Positions 18,931 through 28,483 of a stretch of 64,000 nt of DNA are shown here, in pieces. A program made the translations under genes and the position numbers. Numbering within the stretch: the stretch's first letter is position 1; the number at the start of each line of letters is the position of its first letter. The notes below the pieces were generated by a model. The model was not told the DNA's origin, did no database searches, and was given only the letters and a program-made list of their open reading frames with translations. Source of the DNA: Desulfurivibrionaceae bacterium (GTDB lineage Bacteria > Desulfobacterota > Desulfobulbia > Desulfobulbales > UBA5123); assembly GCA_030145325.1 (NCBI GenBank), contig JAQYVW010000001.1, forward strand, positions 15,331 through 79,330, given 5' to 3'.

Positions 18931-20233
18931 TCTCTCTGGCCAGTTCCCTGACCTTGGTCATGGTTTTCATTTCATCGAAATAAGTAATCTTCCGGTCGCG
19001 CATAATCACCTGCCCGTTGATGATGGTGGTTTGCACGTCGTAGCCGGTGGCTGCCGAGGGCAGCAGGTTGGCCCCATAAAATGGGGTGAGATTGGCTCCC
19101 TTAAGGTCGAGGATGATGCAGTCGGCTTTTTTACCGATGGCGAGGCATCCTATTTTCTCATCAAGACCTAAGACTTTTGCGCCGCCGCTGGTGGCCATCC
19201 TCAAGATGGTTGGGGCCGGTAACAGGGTGGGGTCGAGTTTTTTTGTTTTCTGCAGTTTGCCTGCCAAATCCATTTCGGCAAAGAGATCCAGGTTGTTGTT
19301 GCTGGCGCAGCCGTCGGTGCCGAGACCGATGACGACGTGCTGTTGCTCCAGCTCGGCCAGGGGAGCAATGCCGGAGGCGAGCTTCATGTTGCTGCCGGGG
19401 CAACTTGCCACCTTGGTGCCGGTTGTCGCCAGCAGTTGTTGGTCTTCTTTATTCAGCCAGACGCAGTGGACGGCAATGGTATTTTGGTCAAGAAGGTCTA
19501 GCTGATACAGGCGGCGGGTGGGGGTGAGGCCATGCTCCTTAATGGATTCTTGAACCTCAAACTCGGTTTCGGCCAGGTGAATGAAAAAAGGAACCTGACG
19601 CTTACGGGCCAGTTCTTTTCCCTTCTGTAAGGTTTCCGGGCTACAGGTGTAAAGGGCGTGACAGAAGATTGCCGGGGTGATTAACGATTCTTTGTCCTGC
19701 CAGTTGTTGATAAATTCTTCTACCATGGCGATGTTGTCGGCAGGATCAGGCACGCCGGGGGCCGGGAAATCAACCACCGCTTGCGCTGCCACTGCCCGCA
19801 TCCCAGTGTCGCGGAACGCTTGCGCTGCTGCATCTTCATAGAAATAGCCATCGGCCACACAGGTGGTGCCGGATCTGATCATCTCGGCACTGGCCAGTTT
19901 ACTGCACCAATAAACCATCTCATGATTGACAAATTTAGCCTCAGCCGGGAAGATATGATTGTTGAGCCACGCCATTAAGGGCAGGTCATCGGCTAGCCCT
20001 CGGAAGAGGGTCATGGCGGCATGGTTATGGGTGTTGATCAACCCCGGCATGGTCAGGGTGCCTGTGCCGTCGATGGTGGTGGTGGCCTTGGCATTGGCTG
20101 GTAACTCCGTCATCGGCCCCATGGCGACGATGTCTTCGCCGATGCTGGCCAGGTAGCCGCCAGGGATGAGTTCGGTGCTGTCGGATGCCAAAGGGAGGAT
20201 GGAGCTATTGGTGATGAGGAGGTCATATTGCAT
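18914..20233 (-). CDS. mtaD: amidohydrolase, MTA/SAH deaminase-like
   Basis: 439 aa. Motifs include GLINTHNHAAMTLFRGLADDLPLMAWL, the HLAET motif and GTDGCASNN. Confidence 0.78.
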   Translation of the reverse strand: MQYDLLITNSSILPLASDSTELIPGGYLASIGEDIVAMGPMTELPANAKATTTIDGTGTLTMPGLINTHNHAAMTLFRGLADDLPLMAWLNNHIFPAEAKFVNHEMVYWCSKLASAEMIRSGTTCVADGYFYEDAAAQAFRDTGMRAVAAQAVVDFPAPGVPDPADNIAMVEEFINNWQDKESLITPAIFCHALYTCSPETLQKGKELARKRQVPFFIHLAETEFEVQESIKEHGLTPTRRLYQLDLLDQNTIAVHCVWLNKEDQQLLATTGTKVASCPGSNMKLASGIAPLAELEQQHVVIGLGTDGCASNNNLDLFAEMDLAGKLQKTKKLDPTLLPAPTILRMATSGGAKVLGLDEKIGCLAIGKKADCIILDLKGANLTPFYGANLLPSAATGYDVQTTIINGQVIMRDRKITYFDEMKTMTKVRELAREIKAPT

Positions 20234-20337
20234 GGGAGGCCTTTTATTTGCTGATAAGAAGGATGGTGAATAAAGCTAAAGGATTGGCAGCCGCTTGTAA
20301 AGAGGGCGGCCATGGAAACAGGGGATAGGGAGCGGAA

Positions 20338-21969
20338 ATGAACGGTGCGCAGTTGTTATTGAAATGTTTGGAGGGTGAGGGGGTAGATTATATTTTCGGT
20401 ATCCCCGGTGAGGAAAATCTGCATATCATGGATGCGCTGCTTGATTCGCCTATCCAATATATCACCTGCCGTCATGAGCAGGGGGCAGCCTTTATGGCCG
20501 ATGTTTATGGGCGGCTCACCGGTCGGGCCGGGGTTTGTCTCGCCACTCTGGGGCCGGGGGCCACCAACCTGATCACTGGAGTGGCCGATGCCGATATGGA
20601 TAACGCGCCCCTGGTGGCCATCGCCGGGCAAGCGTCCACCACCCGGTTGCACAAGGAGTCGCATCAGGTTCTGGATCTGGAGCAGATGTTTCAGCCCATC
20701 ACCAAGTACAGTTGCCGGATTCTTTCCCCAGAGACCATCCCCGAGATGGTGCGGAAGGCGTTTAAGCTGGCCCAGACCGAAAAACCAGGGGCCAGTTTCA
20801 TCGAGTTTCCTGAGAATATTGCCCAGCTTGAGGTGGATGATTTTCCCATGGACGTGCGGTTGCCCAAACCCACCGAGCCCACGCTGGCCCGCGTGGCCAT
20901 TGCGGCCAAGCTCATCGCCAACGCCAAGTGGCCGATTATTTTGGCCGGTAACGGGGTGGTGCGCTCCGGCGCCTCAGCCGAGCTTGTCGCCATGGCCGAA
21001 ACCCTTAACATCCCGGTGGCCCATACCTTCATGGCCAAGGGGGTAATTCCCTTTAGTCATCCGCTTTGCTTGGGCAGCGTTGGTCTGCAGGCCAATGATC
21101 ATGTCAGTTGCGGTTTCAGCCGTGCCGACGTGATTATCTGTGTCGGCTATGATCTGGTGGAGTATCACCCCCATCTCTGGCACCAGGACGGCGATCGGGT
21201 GATCATCCATATCGATCAAACGGTTGCTGAGGTGGATCGCCATTATGGAGTCGGGGTCTGTGTGGTGGGCGATATCAAGAGCAGTTTACGGGCGTTGGCT
21301 GAGCAGGTTACACCCCGGGCGGGCAACCACCTGCGACCGTTGCGGGACGCCTTGGTTAAAGACATGGAAGAACACGCCGATGATGATGGGTTTCCGGTTA
21401 AACCGCAGAAATTGATTCATGATCTGCGCCAAGCGCTGGCGGCTGAGGATATCGTCATCTGTGACGTGGGGGCGCACAAGATGTGGATGGCGCGGATGTT
21501 TCCCTGCCAGCGGCCTAATACCTGTATTATCTCCAACGGCTTTGCCAGCATGGGGATTGCGGTGCCAGGGGCGTTGGCCGCAAAGTTGACAAACCCCGAG
21601 CAGAAGGTGGTGGCGGTGACTGGTGATGCGGGTTTTTTAATGAATTCCCAAGAGATTGAGACTGCCATGCGATTGGGCTTGGCCCTGGTGATTTTGGTCT
21701 GGACCGATGCCCGTTATGGGCTCATTGAGTGGAAACAGATGAATGGCTTTGGGCGGGCCAGCCATGTCCATTTCAATAATCCAGATTTTGTTCGTTATGC
21801 TGAATCATTTGGCGCCAAGGGATATCGAATTGAGAAAGGGGAGGATCTGTTGCCCACCTTGCAGTTGGCGCTGGCGGATGAAACCGTTTCGATTATCGAT
21901 TGCCCGGTGGACTATGGGGAGAACCTGCGACTTACCCAGCAATTGGGTGAGATGGTTTGTCCTGTGTAG
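20338..21969 (+). CDS. TPP-dependent acetolactate synthase-like enzyme
   Basis: 543 aa. It has the N-terminal Pyr domain (GVDYIFGIPGEENL, HEQGAAFMA), a middle domain and the C-terminal TPP motif GDAGFLMNSQEIET. Confidence 0.83.
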   Translation: MNGAQLLLKCLEGEGVDYIFGIPGEENLHIMDALLDSPIQYITCRHEQGAAFMADVYGRLTGRAGVCLATLGPGATNLITGVADADMDNAPLVAIAGQASTTRLHKESHQVLDLEQMFQPITKYSCRILSPETIPEMVRKAFKLAQTEKPGASFIEFPENIAQLEVDDFPMDVRLPKPTEPTLARVAIAAKLIANAKWPIILAGNGVVRSGASAELVAMAETLNIPVAHTFMAKGVIPFSHPLCLGSVGLQANDHVSCGFSRADVIICVGYDLVEYHPHLWHQDGDRVIIHIDQTVAEVDRHYGVGVCVVGDIKSSLRALAEQVTPRAGNHLRPLRDALVKDMEEHADDDGFPVKPQKLIHDLRQALAAEDIVICDVGAHKMWMARMFPCQRPNTCIISNGFASMGIAVPGALAAKLTNPEQKVVAVTGDAGFLMNSQEIETAMRLGLALVILVWTDARYGLIEWKQMNGFGRASHVHFNNPDFVRYAESFGAKGYRIEKGEDLLPTLQLALADETVSIIDCPVDYGENLRLTQQLGEMVCPV

Positions 21970-22008
21970 TCGTTCAGATACGGGCGGCGGTACCCAATAA
22001 GTTGAACT

Positions 22009-24654
22009 TTATTTATCGCTTTTTAATAGCCATTGTTTTTTGATGGTTTTGGAAAAACCTTTCATTTCGGCTTTCAGGTGAAGGTCAAGGGTGGGTGGTT
22101 CTTTGTCCATGGAAATTTTACCGGCACCACCCATGCGGAGATCGAGAGCAGGTGAGGTAAGGGAAAATGTGTTGATGAGAAGTTGCTTGCCGCCGTTTTC
22201 GGTGTTGGCCCGAATTAGCATGCGGTCGAAAGGGAGGGTGTTACGGAGCTTGGAGGAATTGAGTTTAAGGGTGCTGAGGATGTCAAGCATGAAGCGCAGG
22301 GAGGGGTGCAGATTGGAGAGTTGCATAACTCTGCCGTTGTCGATGGTCAGTGACAGCTCGCCGTGTAAATTCTTACGCAGAGCGGTTACGGAATTTCCTT
22401 GGCTGGAGGCCTGGAGTCGGCCATAGGTACGGCCATTGATATAGATGGCCGGGCTTTGGGCGCCACTGGCGGTCAGGCCGCAGGCAATGAGATTGGCCAG
22501 GGTCACGTCCCTAAATTGTGATTCGAAATCCAGAGCAAGGGTGCCGTTTTCCGCAGCTGTTATTCCCCCGTTTAGTTCAACTTGGCACCAACTTCCAGAC
22601 CAAGAAAGAGCAACATCCTTCTCTGGCGGCGAGGTGGCGCTGGCGATCAATAATCGTTCTAACGGTGGGTATTCGCCAAGCTGTAATTGATCCACCTGGA
22701 TACGGATGGGGAAAGGTAGGCTGGGTGGCGCTTTAGCCAGCAGTGGTTCTGCATCTTCCTTGTCCGTGGTGGGTTCCGGGGCGGCGGCAGAGTTAGATTT
22801 TGGGATAGTGATGGTCAGCGTTGGGCAGATGATTTCCATGCCATCATTTCCCCCGCTCTGCCAAGGTTGAATACGACCGGAGGTGGAGAGGTTTACTGGT
22901 CCCTGGAGGGAAATGGTTATGGGGATCGGCGCGTTGGCTCGATAGCCGAAACTTGTTGTCAACAGCCAGGGGTCTTGTTGTAGCTGCTCCACCTTTACAT
23001 CCATGGCCAGGGTTGCCAAATTAAGCGGCCAATCGGCGCGACCGCTAAGGGTGATTTCTCCCTTTGCTTCGTCGCGGGCCACCAGCATGAGGTCTTCCAC
23101 GGTGGTGGCGCCGGTTTCTTGGTTGTGGGTGATTTTGGCGCGACACTTCGGCAGGGTATAGCGGTGGTGCGGTCCAGAGAGGATGGGGGTGGCAGGATCG
23201 GCGGCAACTTGCCAGCCCAGGCTGCCGTCGCTCAGCACTACGTTCCCGGCAAAGCTAAGGTGGTCATTGATTGTGGAAAAGGCCAGTTCGTTGATGGTGA
23301 GGAGACCTGTAACTTCTGGAGCGCTTATTTCTTTTTTGCTGAGGAGCTCGTTGAGTTTAGTTTGTAAGGGCGGCATCTTGTCGATGAGGGTGAGAAGTTG
23401 TGGCAGTGAAACCTCTAATTCGGCGATGTTGATGGTCTTGGTGGTGTCGGTAAGGTGAGCCTTGCCTTGGTCGACGCTGAGTAGCTTCTGGCCATCAAGG
23501 AGTAGTTGCAGGGCTGCATCCTGCACCGTTATTAACCCATTAACATCAACGCTGATACCGGCAGCGGCCTTGGTTACTACCACTTCGGTTTCATTTTTGC
23601 TGCCAGCGGCAACGAGTAATCCCACCTCACCAGTGGTGAGGCTGGTGGTGGCCGACCAGCTCAGGATCGGTTTTTCTTCTTCCTCGGGTGGGGGGGAGCT
23701 GAAAGAGCCGTTAAAGGCAAGATTGTTCAGGAGCACTATCCCGCGCGGCGCCAACCCTTGACTAAATCCCAGGGCTTGAATTTTTTTGTCGAGATCCTGT
23801 TGTATTTTGGGGCAGCGACCAGCAAAGTTCCATGCTTGGGCGAGATCTAATTCTGCGCCTTTTATCGCCAACGTAAAAGGCGCCTTGGTCAGGGGTTGCT
23901 GTGCGCTTCCTTCTTGGTGAAAGTGGACGTTGCTGAGAAGTGACCCTTCCAGGTTGAGGGTGGTGGCCTTGATGTCCATGAGGAGATCGGGAAGCAAGGA
24001 GATGGAAAGGTTTTCAGCTTGCACTTTTACGGTGCGGGGTAGATCCGCCACCGTTATCGGTAACTGCTGCAAGCTGGCTTGTGACATGGTCAGTTGCCAT
24101 AAGCCGTCTTGGTTAGAGGTTGCGGTGAGGTCGGCAAGCTTTCCTCCCTGGTAGGTGAGTTCAGTAATTTTAATCGTGGGGTGATCGGTACCGAAGGTGC
24201 ACTGTAGTCCCTTGATGACCAGATTGCCGACCTCTAAATCGGCCAACTTGGTAACGTTGGGAGGGAGTAAGTCGCCAAGGATGGCGATGATCTTATCGGG
24301 ACTGCCGCTGAGGTGATCAAGGATCAATTCCCCTTGTAGGGGGATGAGGGTCTGTAAGCGAATCTGCCCTTGGACGCTGAATCCCAGTTCGGTAATGGCC
24401 AGATCGGTCACCAGTACGCTGTCGTCACTAAGGCGATCAGGTACGGTTAACGTCCCGGCCAGGGAAAGTGTTTGCGCTGCCATGGCGTGGTGGGGCGAGC
24501 AGAGTGAGATGGTGAAGAAAAGAAGGGCGATGAGTGGTCTTAGGCGTTGCCAATGAGTTTTAATTTCTGGGCAACAGGCAGGACTCTCTTTTCTTCCTTG
24601 GCGGTTGGATCGGAAGATGGGGTCTTTTTCAGGGCCAGGCAAGATTTTTTGCAC
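22009..24654 (-). CDS. large exported beta-rich protein, AsmA/TamB-like (weak)
   Basis: 881 aa with an N-terminal anchor/signal LRPLIALLFFTISLCSPHHAMA. The protein is repetitive and beta-rich. The C-terminal ...LINTFSLTSPALDLRMGGAGKISM...LDLHLKAEMKG resembles AsmA C-terminal regions. The start is 2 nt after the upstream gene's stop. Confidence 0.5.
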   Translation of the reverse strand: MQKILPGPEKDPIFRSNRQGRKESPACCPEIKTHWQRLRPLIALLFFTISLCSPHHAMAAQTLSLAGTLTVPDRLSDDSVLVTDLAITELGFSVQGQIRLQTLIPLQGELILDHLSGSPDKIIAILGDLLPPNVTKLADLEVGNLVIKGLQCTFGTDHPTIKITELTYQGGKLADLTATSNQDGLWQLTMSQASLQQLPITVADLPRTVKVQAENLSISLLPDLLMDIKATTLNLEGSLLSNVHFHQEGSAQQPLTKAPFTLAIKGAELDLAQAWNFAGRCPKIQQDLDKKIQALGFSQGLAPRGIVLLNNLAFNGSFSSPPPEEEEKPILSWSATTSLTTGEVGLLVAAGSKNETEVVVTKAAAGISVDVNGLITVQDAALQLLLDGQKLLSVDQGKAHLTDTTKTINIAELEVSLPQLLTLIDKMPPLQTKLNELLSKKEISAPEVTGLLTINELAFSTINDHLSFAGNVVLSDGSLGWQVAADPATPILSGPHHRYTLPKCRAKITHNQETGATTVEDLMLVARDEAKGEITLSGRADWPLNLATLAMDVKVEQLQQDPWLLTTSFGYRANAPIPITISLQGPVNLSTSGRIQPWQSGGNDGMEIICPTLTITIPKSNSAAAPEPTTDKEDAEPLLAKAPPSLPFPIRIQVDQLQLGEYPPLERLLIASATSPPEKDVALSWSGSWCQVELNGGITAAENGTLALDFESQFRDVTLANLIACGLTASGAQSPAIYINGRTYGRLQASSQGNSVTALRKNLHGELSLTIDNGRVMQLSNLHPSLRFMLDILSTLKLNSSKLRNTLPFDRMLIRANTENGGKQLLINTFSLTSPALDLRMGGAGKISMDKEPPTLDLHLKAEMKGFSKTIKKQWLLKSDK

Positions 24655-24656
24655 CG

Positions 24657-27263
24657 CTATTCTCCAACCATCATCTGGAGTTGTTCCAGCATGGCGTTGC
24701 CGGGATTCATGCGCAGCGCTCGCTCCAGAAGTGCTCGTGCTTTGTCGGGTTGCTCGGCAGCAAGGGCATGGCGAACCGCCAGGTTGAAGAAACGGACTTC
24801 GTATGGGTAGCGTTCAATGGCGACCTGGAGAAGTTCAGCCAGTTCGGAGGTTTCACCCATGGCGTTCAGGGCATATGCCAAGTGTAATCGCGTTTCCCGA
24901 TCCTCTTTGTAGGCGAGAGCCGTTTTCAGGTGTTCGTATGCCTTGCCATACTGGCGATTGTTAAATGCTTCCAGCCCCAATTTCTTTTCTTCGTCAGCCT
25001 TGGCGAGGATCTTGTCGGCGTTGATGGCTTGCTCGCGTCCGTCTGGCCAGGGGGCGTCCAGTAAGCTGCGTAAGGTAACCTGGCCTTCCAGGCGGAGTTG
25101 ATCCAGTCGCATCCCGCCCAGATAGTTGCCTTGTAAAACTAATGGCACTGAGGTGGACAGGTTTTGTTCGTTGTCGTAGAGGTTGGTCTGGCGCAGCGTT
25201 AATTGCCCGCCGCTCACTTTAACCCCCAGCTTGTTGCTGGTGATGTTCATCTCCTCTAGGGAGAGGGTGCCGTCAGCAAGTACGACTCCCTGTTCCATAT
25301 GGTCAATCTTCCCGCCTTTAACAGAGACCTCGAAGGGGGTTTGGACGTGGATGGCGATGGTCCCATCCTGGAAGATCGATTGTTTGATGGTGGCACGACC
25401 GCCAAGGACGTCGATACAGGTTTGGCATTGGCGAAAAAGGGTGTTGCGTAATGTTAACTGACCATTTTCGGCCACCTTTACGCCCAGCCAATGTTGTTTA
25501 GTGGCTGGTGGCACCGTGGTTTCGGCTGGGGGAGTTGTAGTGGAGTTTGCTGCTGATGGTGCAGTGGTATCAGCAGAGGGAGATGTAGTTGCAGCGGATG
25601 TTAGTGGCGCAGTGGTATCAGCAGAGGGAGACGTAGTTGCAGCGGCTGCTGATGGCGTAGGGGTATCAGCAGAGGGAGACGTAGTTGCATCTGCTGTGGG
25701 TGGCGCAGGGGTATCAGCAGAGGGAGACGTAGTTGCATCGGCTGTTAGTGGTGCAGTGGTATCAGCAGAGGGAGACGTAGTTGCAGCGGCTGCGGGTGTT
25801 TTTTCCCTATTTTCGCTTTCCGTATCGCCTAGTTGTAAGAGAACCTTGTCGCCTTCACAACTGCCCTTGACGATGAGTTGCCCGCTGGGACCTGCAAGGA
25901 TGGTTACCCCCGGAGCTATTTTCAGGGTGCGACCGGCAGGCACCACTGTTTCGCCAAGGAGTCGGTAGCGGCCTGCCACCAAGGTGCCGGTTATTTCTGC
26001 CCCTAGGATTGGTTCGCCACTCTGTGGCAGTGTGATCGGTTTACTCATCACCGGCGCAGAGGGATTGCCCACCTGATCAACGGCGAGAACGCGATAGTAG
26101 TAAGTGGTGCCAGCAGCTACTTCTAGATCCTGCCATTGGAAATCGGAGACACTGCCCACCTGGGTATATCCCTGCATTGGTTCTTGGCTGCGCAGGATGT
26201 GGAAGGTTGCGACTTCGGGATCGGTGCTTACCCATTGCAGGAGAATCGATTTTTTGTTGGCTTCGGCTGTTAAATCGGTTGGCGGTGTCGGCGGAATTCC
26301 ATCCATGGAAACCAGGCGATCTATTTCTGGCCAGTCTCGGCGATTGCCATCGGCAGCGGCCAAGTGGATGAGAATCTGTTCATGGCGAGCTTTGTCTCCT
26401 TCCCGGACTACGTAGGATCCTTGATAGATGCCCGGTTGGGTTTCGGCTAAAGAGATTTCTTTGCGGAATTGACCAATGTCGAAGGTGGCCTTCATCCCAC
26501 GGTCGCCTTCAATTCCAATCACGATTTGTTCGCCCATCTTGAAGGTTTGCTCGGTGACGTTGCTAACTACCCGCAGAATTTTGGGGAGGCGGCTGCCCGA
26601 GGAGAAACCGGGGATTTGTTGGGTAATGTTAAAGGCCCAATCGTAGACCATGTCGCGTCGATGGACGTCACCCTTGGCGTTCACTGCCGAGGTTACCAGG
26701 GTTAGAACCGCACTTAGCGGATCTGTGGCCACTGCGAATTTGTGCCGCGATGATTTGTCACGCCAGGAGCCGAGAAGTTTGGCTTTGTCGTCGAAGAGGC
26801 GAACTTCTCCATCTAGAGCGTAGTTTTGAACGAAGCCGACATTGATACCGGTAAGATCGTGGACGACAATGAGCAGGATGCCGTTGCTCTTTACCCCTGC
26901 CTCGGCGAGAGATTTTTGCAGAGACGCCATCGAGATAGTTTCGTCTTTCTCGGCCACCAATTTTGCCTGTTGCGTGCAGGTATCAATGGTGTCGTTGACG
27001 AGAACCGTGAACCCCTTTTCGGTGAGGTAATTTTTTAGGACGCCACGGATGAGTTGACTTATTTTGGGGTCGGCATCTTTCGGGTTAATATACTGAGGCA
27101 GGGGAATGGCGATGTTCCGAGGCAAATCTCGTTCGGAGATGTACACCGGTGAAGTACTGCTTTCGGCAGCATGGACTGTAGGTAGGAAGGACGCAAAAAC
27201 AAAGAATAACAGAAAAAAAATGTGGATTCGGCCATGCTTTGTTTTATTGATTGTACTGCCCAT
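24657..27263 (-). CDS. exported mosaic protein: DUF799/TolB-N-like module, Ig-like region, FN3, beta-helix interrupted by STP repeats, C-terminal TPR
   Basis: 868 aa with the signal HIFFLLFFVFASFLPTVHA. NIAIPLPQYIN...ILLIVVHDLTGINVGFVQNYALDGEVRLFD resembles GNA1162/DUF799. An FN3-like stretch runs PPTDLTAE...YYYRVLAVDQVGNPS. PbH1-like repeats are present, and the TPR-like tail runs KLGLEAFNNRQYGKAYEHL.... Confidence 0.65.
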   Translation of the reverse strand: MGSTINKTKHGRIHIFFLLFFVFASFLPTVHAAESSTSPVYISERDLPRNIAIPLPQYINPKDADPKISQLIRGVLKNYLTEKGFTVLVNDTIDTCTQQAKLVAEKDETISMASLQKSLAEAGVKSNGILLIVVHDLTGINVGFVQNYALDGEVRLFDDKAKLLGSWRDKSSRHKFAVATDPLSAVLTLVTSAVNAKGDVHRRDMVYDWAFNITQQIPGFSSGSRLPKILRVVSNVTEQTFKMGEQIVIGIEGDRGMKATFDIGQFRKEISLAETQPGIYQGSYVVREGDKARHEQILIHLAAADGNRRDWPEIDRLVSMDGIPPTPPTDLTAEANKKSILLQWVSTDPEVATFHILRSQEPMQGYTQVGSVSDFQWQDLEVAAGTTYYYRVLAVDQVGNPSAPVMSKPITLPQSGEPILGAEITGTLVAGRYRLLGETVVPAGRTLKIAPGVTILAGPSGQLIVKGSCEGDKVLLQLGDTESENREKTPAAAATTSPSADTTAPLTADATTSPSADTPAPPTADATTSPSADTPTPSAAAATTSPSADTTAPLTSAATTSPSADTTAPSAANSTTTPPAETTVPPATKQHWLGVKVAENGQLTLRNTLFRQCQTCIDVLGGRATIKQSIFQDGTIAIHVQTPFEVSVKGGKIDHMEQGVVLADGTLSLEEMNITSNKLGVKVSGGQLTLRQTNLYDNEQNLSTSVPLVLQGNYLGGMRLDQLRLEGQVTLRSLLDAPWPDGREQAINADKILAKADEEKKLGLEAFNNRQYGKAYEHLKTALAYKEDRETRLHLAYALNAMGETSELAELLQVAIERYPYEVRFFNLAVRHALAAEQPDKARALLERALRMNPGNAMLEQLQMMVGE
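25518..25805 (-). repeat. 48-bp in-frame tandem repeat (5 good copies plus 1 degenerate copy)
   Basis: ggtatcagcagagggaga recurs at 25566, 25614, 25662, 25710 and 25758, an exact 48-nt period. It encodes TSPSADT(T/P)(A/T)P(L/P/S)(T/S/A)A(D/A/N)(A/S)T units. Confidence 0.85.
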
Positions 27264-27302
27264 GTGATTGTTGTCCCGATTGAAATGGAGGTGGTGTAGT
27301 CA

Positions 27303-27317
27303 GCAAAGGTGGTGCCT
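27303..27317 (-). promoter_or_regulatory. sigma-54-type -24/-12 promoter candidate upstream of the 24657..27263 gene
   Basis: The minus strand reads AGGCAC-CACCT-TTGC-T, against the consensus TGGCAC-N5-TTGCW. The GG-N10-GC spacing is correct, and the -12 element is 39 nt upstream of the ATG at 27263. Confidence 0.45.
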
Positions 27318-27373
27318 TTCGGTCTTAAATACCACCACCCGCAGGTAAACTAAGGCATTGATGCTCGCCTCAG

Positions 27374-28300
27374 TTATTGCACGACAAAAACAACCTTGGC
27401 TTGGGAGAGAAAGCTGCTTCGTTGATCGTTGGTGAAGATGTTGGCAGCATCATCAATGTTGATCACGGCATCGGTTCCTCTTTTCACGTTTATCGCTTCT
27501 ACCTGGAGAGGATCATTGCAGCCCCAACTGGCCAGTAGTCCCTTGGCTTTTTCCACTTTATTGGTAAAGCCACCACAGCCTCTTTCGGCAAGGATTGCCG
27601 GGATAATGGTGGAGGGGTCGAAGATTACCTCTTGCTTGGCGGTCATGATCCTATTGGCCAGAGCAGGTCGAAATCCTTTACCAGCCAAGACGAGGATCAA
27701 GCCATCCTTGGGGTTGGTCAGTTGCGAGGGTGGGGCCAGTTCTGTTGGCGTTTCAGCTGTGACGGGTTGGGGTTGCTCTGACGCGGTATTGGTTGGTGGT
27801 GGGGTGGGGGCGGCAAAGCTAAAATTGGTCTTGGCCTTTGGAAGCAACCCTTCCGATTGCATCAAGGGAAGGATGACGTCATAGGCTGAACCATGACCGC
27901 GAATATTAACCCGTAAACAGACATCGGCAGATCCATCATCCTTATTATATTTCTCACCACATGTTACAGCCCCGCGCAGGAACCCCTTGACGGTGGAGAG
28001 GACGGTATCGTTCATCGACATACCGTCTTTAATAGTTGTTTCGCCGCTGACCGTCACCCCCTGGAGTTGTTCAAGGAGATCCCGTTGTGCCAACACCTTC
28101 GCGGCGCGAATGGCGCTGTATCGTGACTGGCCGGGACTTGAGGAGGCAACGACCTGGATATAACCTTCCTGGAAGATTTGCACCGGATCGGTTACTTGTT
28201 GCAATTGCTCGGCTGCTGCTGATCCTGAAGTTGTCATAATGAATAGGGCGGTAACCAACAACAACAGGCCGGCTGGAAGTTGTTTCATTTTCTGTCTCAT
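27374..28300 (-). CDS. exported LPP20/FlgP-like protein with a Pro-rich linker and an unknown C-terminal domain
   Basis: 308 aa with the signal LLLLVTALFIMTTSGSAAA. The module YSAIRAAKVLAQRDLLEQLQGVTVSGETTI is LPP20-like. The linker is APTPPPTNTASEQPQPVTAETPTELAPP. Confidence 0.55.
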   Translation of the reverse strand: MRQKMKQLPAGLLLLVTALFIMTTSGSAAAEQLQQVTDPVQIFQEGYIQVVASSSPGQSRYSAIRAAKVLAQRDLLEQLQGVTVSGETTIKDGMSMNDTVLSTVKGFLRGAVTCGEKYNKDDGSADVCLRVNIRGHGSAYDVILPLMQSEGLLPKAKTNFSFAAPTPPPTNTASEQPQPVTAETPTELAPPSQLTNPKDGLILVLAGKGFRPALANRIMTAKQEVIFDPSTIIPAILAERGCGGFTNKVEKAKGLLASWGCNDPLQVEAINVKRGTDAVINIDDAANIFTNDQRSSFLSQAKVVFVVQ

Positions 28301-28387
28301 TTTTTGTTACTCCTTCAATACTGGGAATAAAGTAGCCTGTGGACTCTGCTTTAGGGAATCTTGAAAAATTTTATCATCGGAATATTA

Positions 28388-28480
28388 GATATGTGCCTGC
28401 TGTAAAATTTTTCGCATGCCTCGGAGTTTCGTGACCTCGCCTACCTGATCTCCAACGAAAATCCTAATTATCCAAGACAC
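28388..28480. repeat. second copy of the structured intergenic repeat family
   Basis: atatgtgcctgctgtaaaatttttcgcatgcctcggagtttcgtgacctcgcctacctgatctccaacgaaaatcctaattatccaagacac aligns at about 80 percent with 6084-6176. It ends 4 nt from the stop of the 28484 gene. Confidence 0.6.
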
Positions 28481-28483
28481 CCT

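Noticed and set aside
25518-25805. Possibility that the 48-bp repeats are a CRISPR array
   Set aside because: The units are contiguous with no unique spacers. They are in-frame within a long ORF and encode a regular peptide repeat.
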